From positions 259,470,001 through 259,534,000 of the forward strand of contig NC_088792.1 in the NCBI RefSeq assembly GCF_011386835.1: a stretch of DNA of 64,000 nt, in the 5' to 3' direction. The notes beneath the pieces were generated by a model. The model had not been told where the DNA came from and made no database searches. It was given only the letters and a program-made list of their open reading frames with translations. Of this stretch, positions 61,996-64,000 are shown piece after piece. The translations under genes were made by a program, and so were the position numbers. Numbering within the stretch: the stretch's first letter is position 1; every line of letters begins with the position of its first letter. This stretch comes from Chrysemys picta bellii (Eukaryota).

Positions 61996-62435
61996 GATCT
62001 GCACATGCAATTCTAGTGGTGCACAGAGGGGGACACAGCATTTGCATTCGGATGTACATGTATGGCAGCGTGCAAATGTTAGAGCATGTGTTCAAAAGTC
62101 AACTAAACTCATTACGGCCCACTGGCTTTTTTTAAAAAGCTAGGGAAACAATGCAAAGACATGCAGGAATCCAAAATTAAGGATGAGGTTTTTACACTTC
62201 TCAGAGTGCAGAAATTCAACAAGATGGGTTCCTAGAGCAACTGTACTTGGCCAAATTCTAAATATGTTAATGGATTAAAGTTAACCTAATCCACAGTGAT
62301 TAGGTGGAAGGGTGGCTTGGGGACTGGTGACTGAATATAGAACACTTCATCTCACTAGCTGCTGTGGGAGCCATAACCAAGTTTTCCAGGTCAAATTCTG
62401 CTGTTGTAACAATGCCAATCTACAGTACCCCAGTG

Positions 62436-63135
62436 CAGTGGTTTTCAAACTTTTTTTCTGGCGACCCAGTTGAAGAAAATTGTTGATGTCCATGACCCAA
62501 CGGAGCTGGGAATGAGGGGTTCAGGGTGGGGGATGGGGCTCTGGGCTGGGGCAGAGAATTGGGGTGCAGGAGGGCATCAGGGCTCTGGGCTAAGGGTGCA
62601 GGCTCTGGGGTGGGGCTGGGGATGAGGGGTTTGAGGTACAGGATGGGGCTCTGGGTTTTGGGGGGCAGGGGTTGGGGTGTGGACTTACCTCCGGCGGCAC
62701 CCGGTCAGCGGTGCAGTAGGGGTGCTAAGGCAGGCTTCCTGCCTGTCCTGGCACTGCGGACCGCGCTGCGCCTCGGAAGCAGCCAGCAGCAGGTCCGGCT
62801 CCTGGGCGGAGGCGCACAAGTAGTTCCGTGCAGCTCTTGCCCCAGATCCCATTGGCCGGTATCTGGCCAATGGGAGTGCAGAGCGGGTGCTCAGGGCGGG
62901 GGCAGCACATGGAGCCCCGTGGCCCCCCTGCCTAGGAGCTGGACCTGCTGCTGGCCACTTCCGGGGTGCAGCGCGGTGTCTGAACAGGTACGGACTAACC
63001 TGCCCTAGTCAGGCAGCATTGCCGCTGGGACTTCTAACGTCCCGGTCAGTGGTGCTGACCAGAGTCGCCGTGACCCAGTGCTTTATATTCCGCAACCCAA
63101 TAGTGGGGTGGCGACCCGAAGTTTGAATACCACTG
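62436..63135. mobile_element. GC-rich hAT (Charlie-like) MITE
   Basis: TIRs CAGTGGTTTTCAAAC...GTTTGAATACCACTG, TSD CCCCAGTG/CCCTAGAG (6/8). Confidence 0.85.
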
Positions 63136-63203
63136 CCCTAGAGTATTCACTGGGCTCCTGCCTCCTCTGTGTGTAAAAGTTCAACCTTAAAGCTGCACTA
63201 ATT

Positions 63204-63209
63204 TTTAAT
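63204..63209 (-). terminator. Candidate SYBU poly(A) signal (ATTAAA on the minus strand)
   Basis: TTTAAT on +, ~680 nt downstream of the SYBU stop and just before TE sequence begins. Confidence 0.35.
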
Positions 63210-63888
63210 AGCTTATTGCAGGTGAGGGTTTTGCTAAAATAAAACACCAATTCATACTTGTAACATGCTTTACTGTAATTTGTGATTATAAATCTGCTGT
63301 TTCCAATAAAACATGATTAAATAAGCAAAAAATAAGTTAATTCACAATACACTTAGAGTATTTCACATGGCTTGAATGACTAGCAGGTTACTATAGGAGT
63401 TCATTTAAGACTTTAAAATAATATGCATAAAATATATTCACCCCCTATTTATCAAACATAGCAAGAGTCAAGATGCCCAACAACCTACACGAATGCATTT
63501 TTGGTTACAGTCCCCTTGTACACAAGACCAGTGGAATGCTAGGGCAATTATATATTTTACAAGAGCACTAAGCAAGCCAGACATACAATACGTGCCCGAA
63601 GCTGCCTTGGAAGTATGAGCTTTTAGTGTAAGAATCAATACATCAAACTACACATGAAAAGCGACAGCATGCTTGCTAAAGTACACGTGTAGTACATTTA
63701 GTAGGACCAAGCCGCCACGTCACTGAGCCTTCCTTCAGTTTCAAACAACAAACATGTTTTCAACTAAATATAGTGCAAATCAAATATTCAGGAGCAAAAA
63801 GACAGACTCTGCCATTATACACACACACTTTTATGGTCTATTGTAATTCTTCCCCCACCAACCAGCACACACGACTGGGCAGCTGCAC

Positions 63889-64000
63889 TTAGGTTTTGAT
63901 ATTGAAAGGTGCACGACGCAGCGAGTGTAGCGCCACCAGGCAACAGCCACGAAGCAATGCGCCGATGTTATAGATCGGATCCGTTCCACCTCGCTGAGTG
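63889..64000 (-). CDS. SYBU: SYBU (syntabulin) last exon, C-terminal fragment; continues beyond the window
   Basis: The reverse strand reads TQRGGTDPIYNIGALLRGCCLVALHSLRRAPFNIKT-stop, the syntabulin C-terminus as I recognise it. Convergent position next to EBAG9 matches the human gene order. Confidence 0.93.
   Translation of the reverse strand, partial: TQRGGTDPIYNIGALLRGCCLVALHSLRRAPFNIKT

Overview
Vertebrate genomic DNA. The repeat families suggest a reptile, most likely a turtle (inference). Three conserved genes are present: (i) the last two coding exons of ENY2 (+ strand), (ii) the complete 6-exon, 213-aa coding sequence of EBAG9/RCAS1 (+ strand) with a CpG-island promoter at ~11.2-12.35 kb, and (iii) the last ~112 coding bases and 3' UTR of SYBU (- strand, convergent with EBAG9). 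The rest is intronic or intergenic and rich in transposable elements: CR1, RTE, L2, CORE-SINE, Penelope, DIRS, LTR-like elements, and hAT, Tc1/mariner and PIF/Harbinger-type MITEs, many with readable TIRs and TSDs. Most ORFs in the supplied track are TE remnants or chance ORFs. I saw no rRNA, tRNA gene or CRISPR array. Most notable observations: (1) PKHD1L1, which lies between ENY2 and EBAG9 in human, has no visible trace here. (2) An RTE LINE has a 5' inversion with twin-priming geometry and a 10-bp TSD. (3) A 1.6-kb fold-back hAT element carries an inverted duplication of its dimerisation-domain DNA inside an EBAG9 intron. (4) Two Penelope termini contain degenerate minimal hammerhead-ribozyme motifs. 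(5) A DIRS gag remnant has a LAP2alpha-like region. I found no convincing wholly new gene system. All family assignments were made by eye without database searches.
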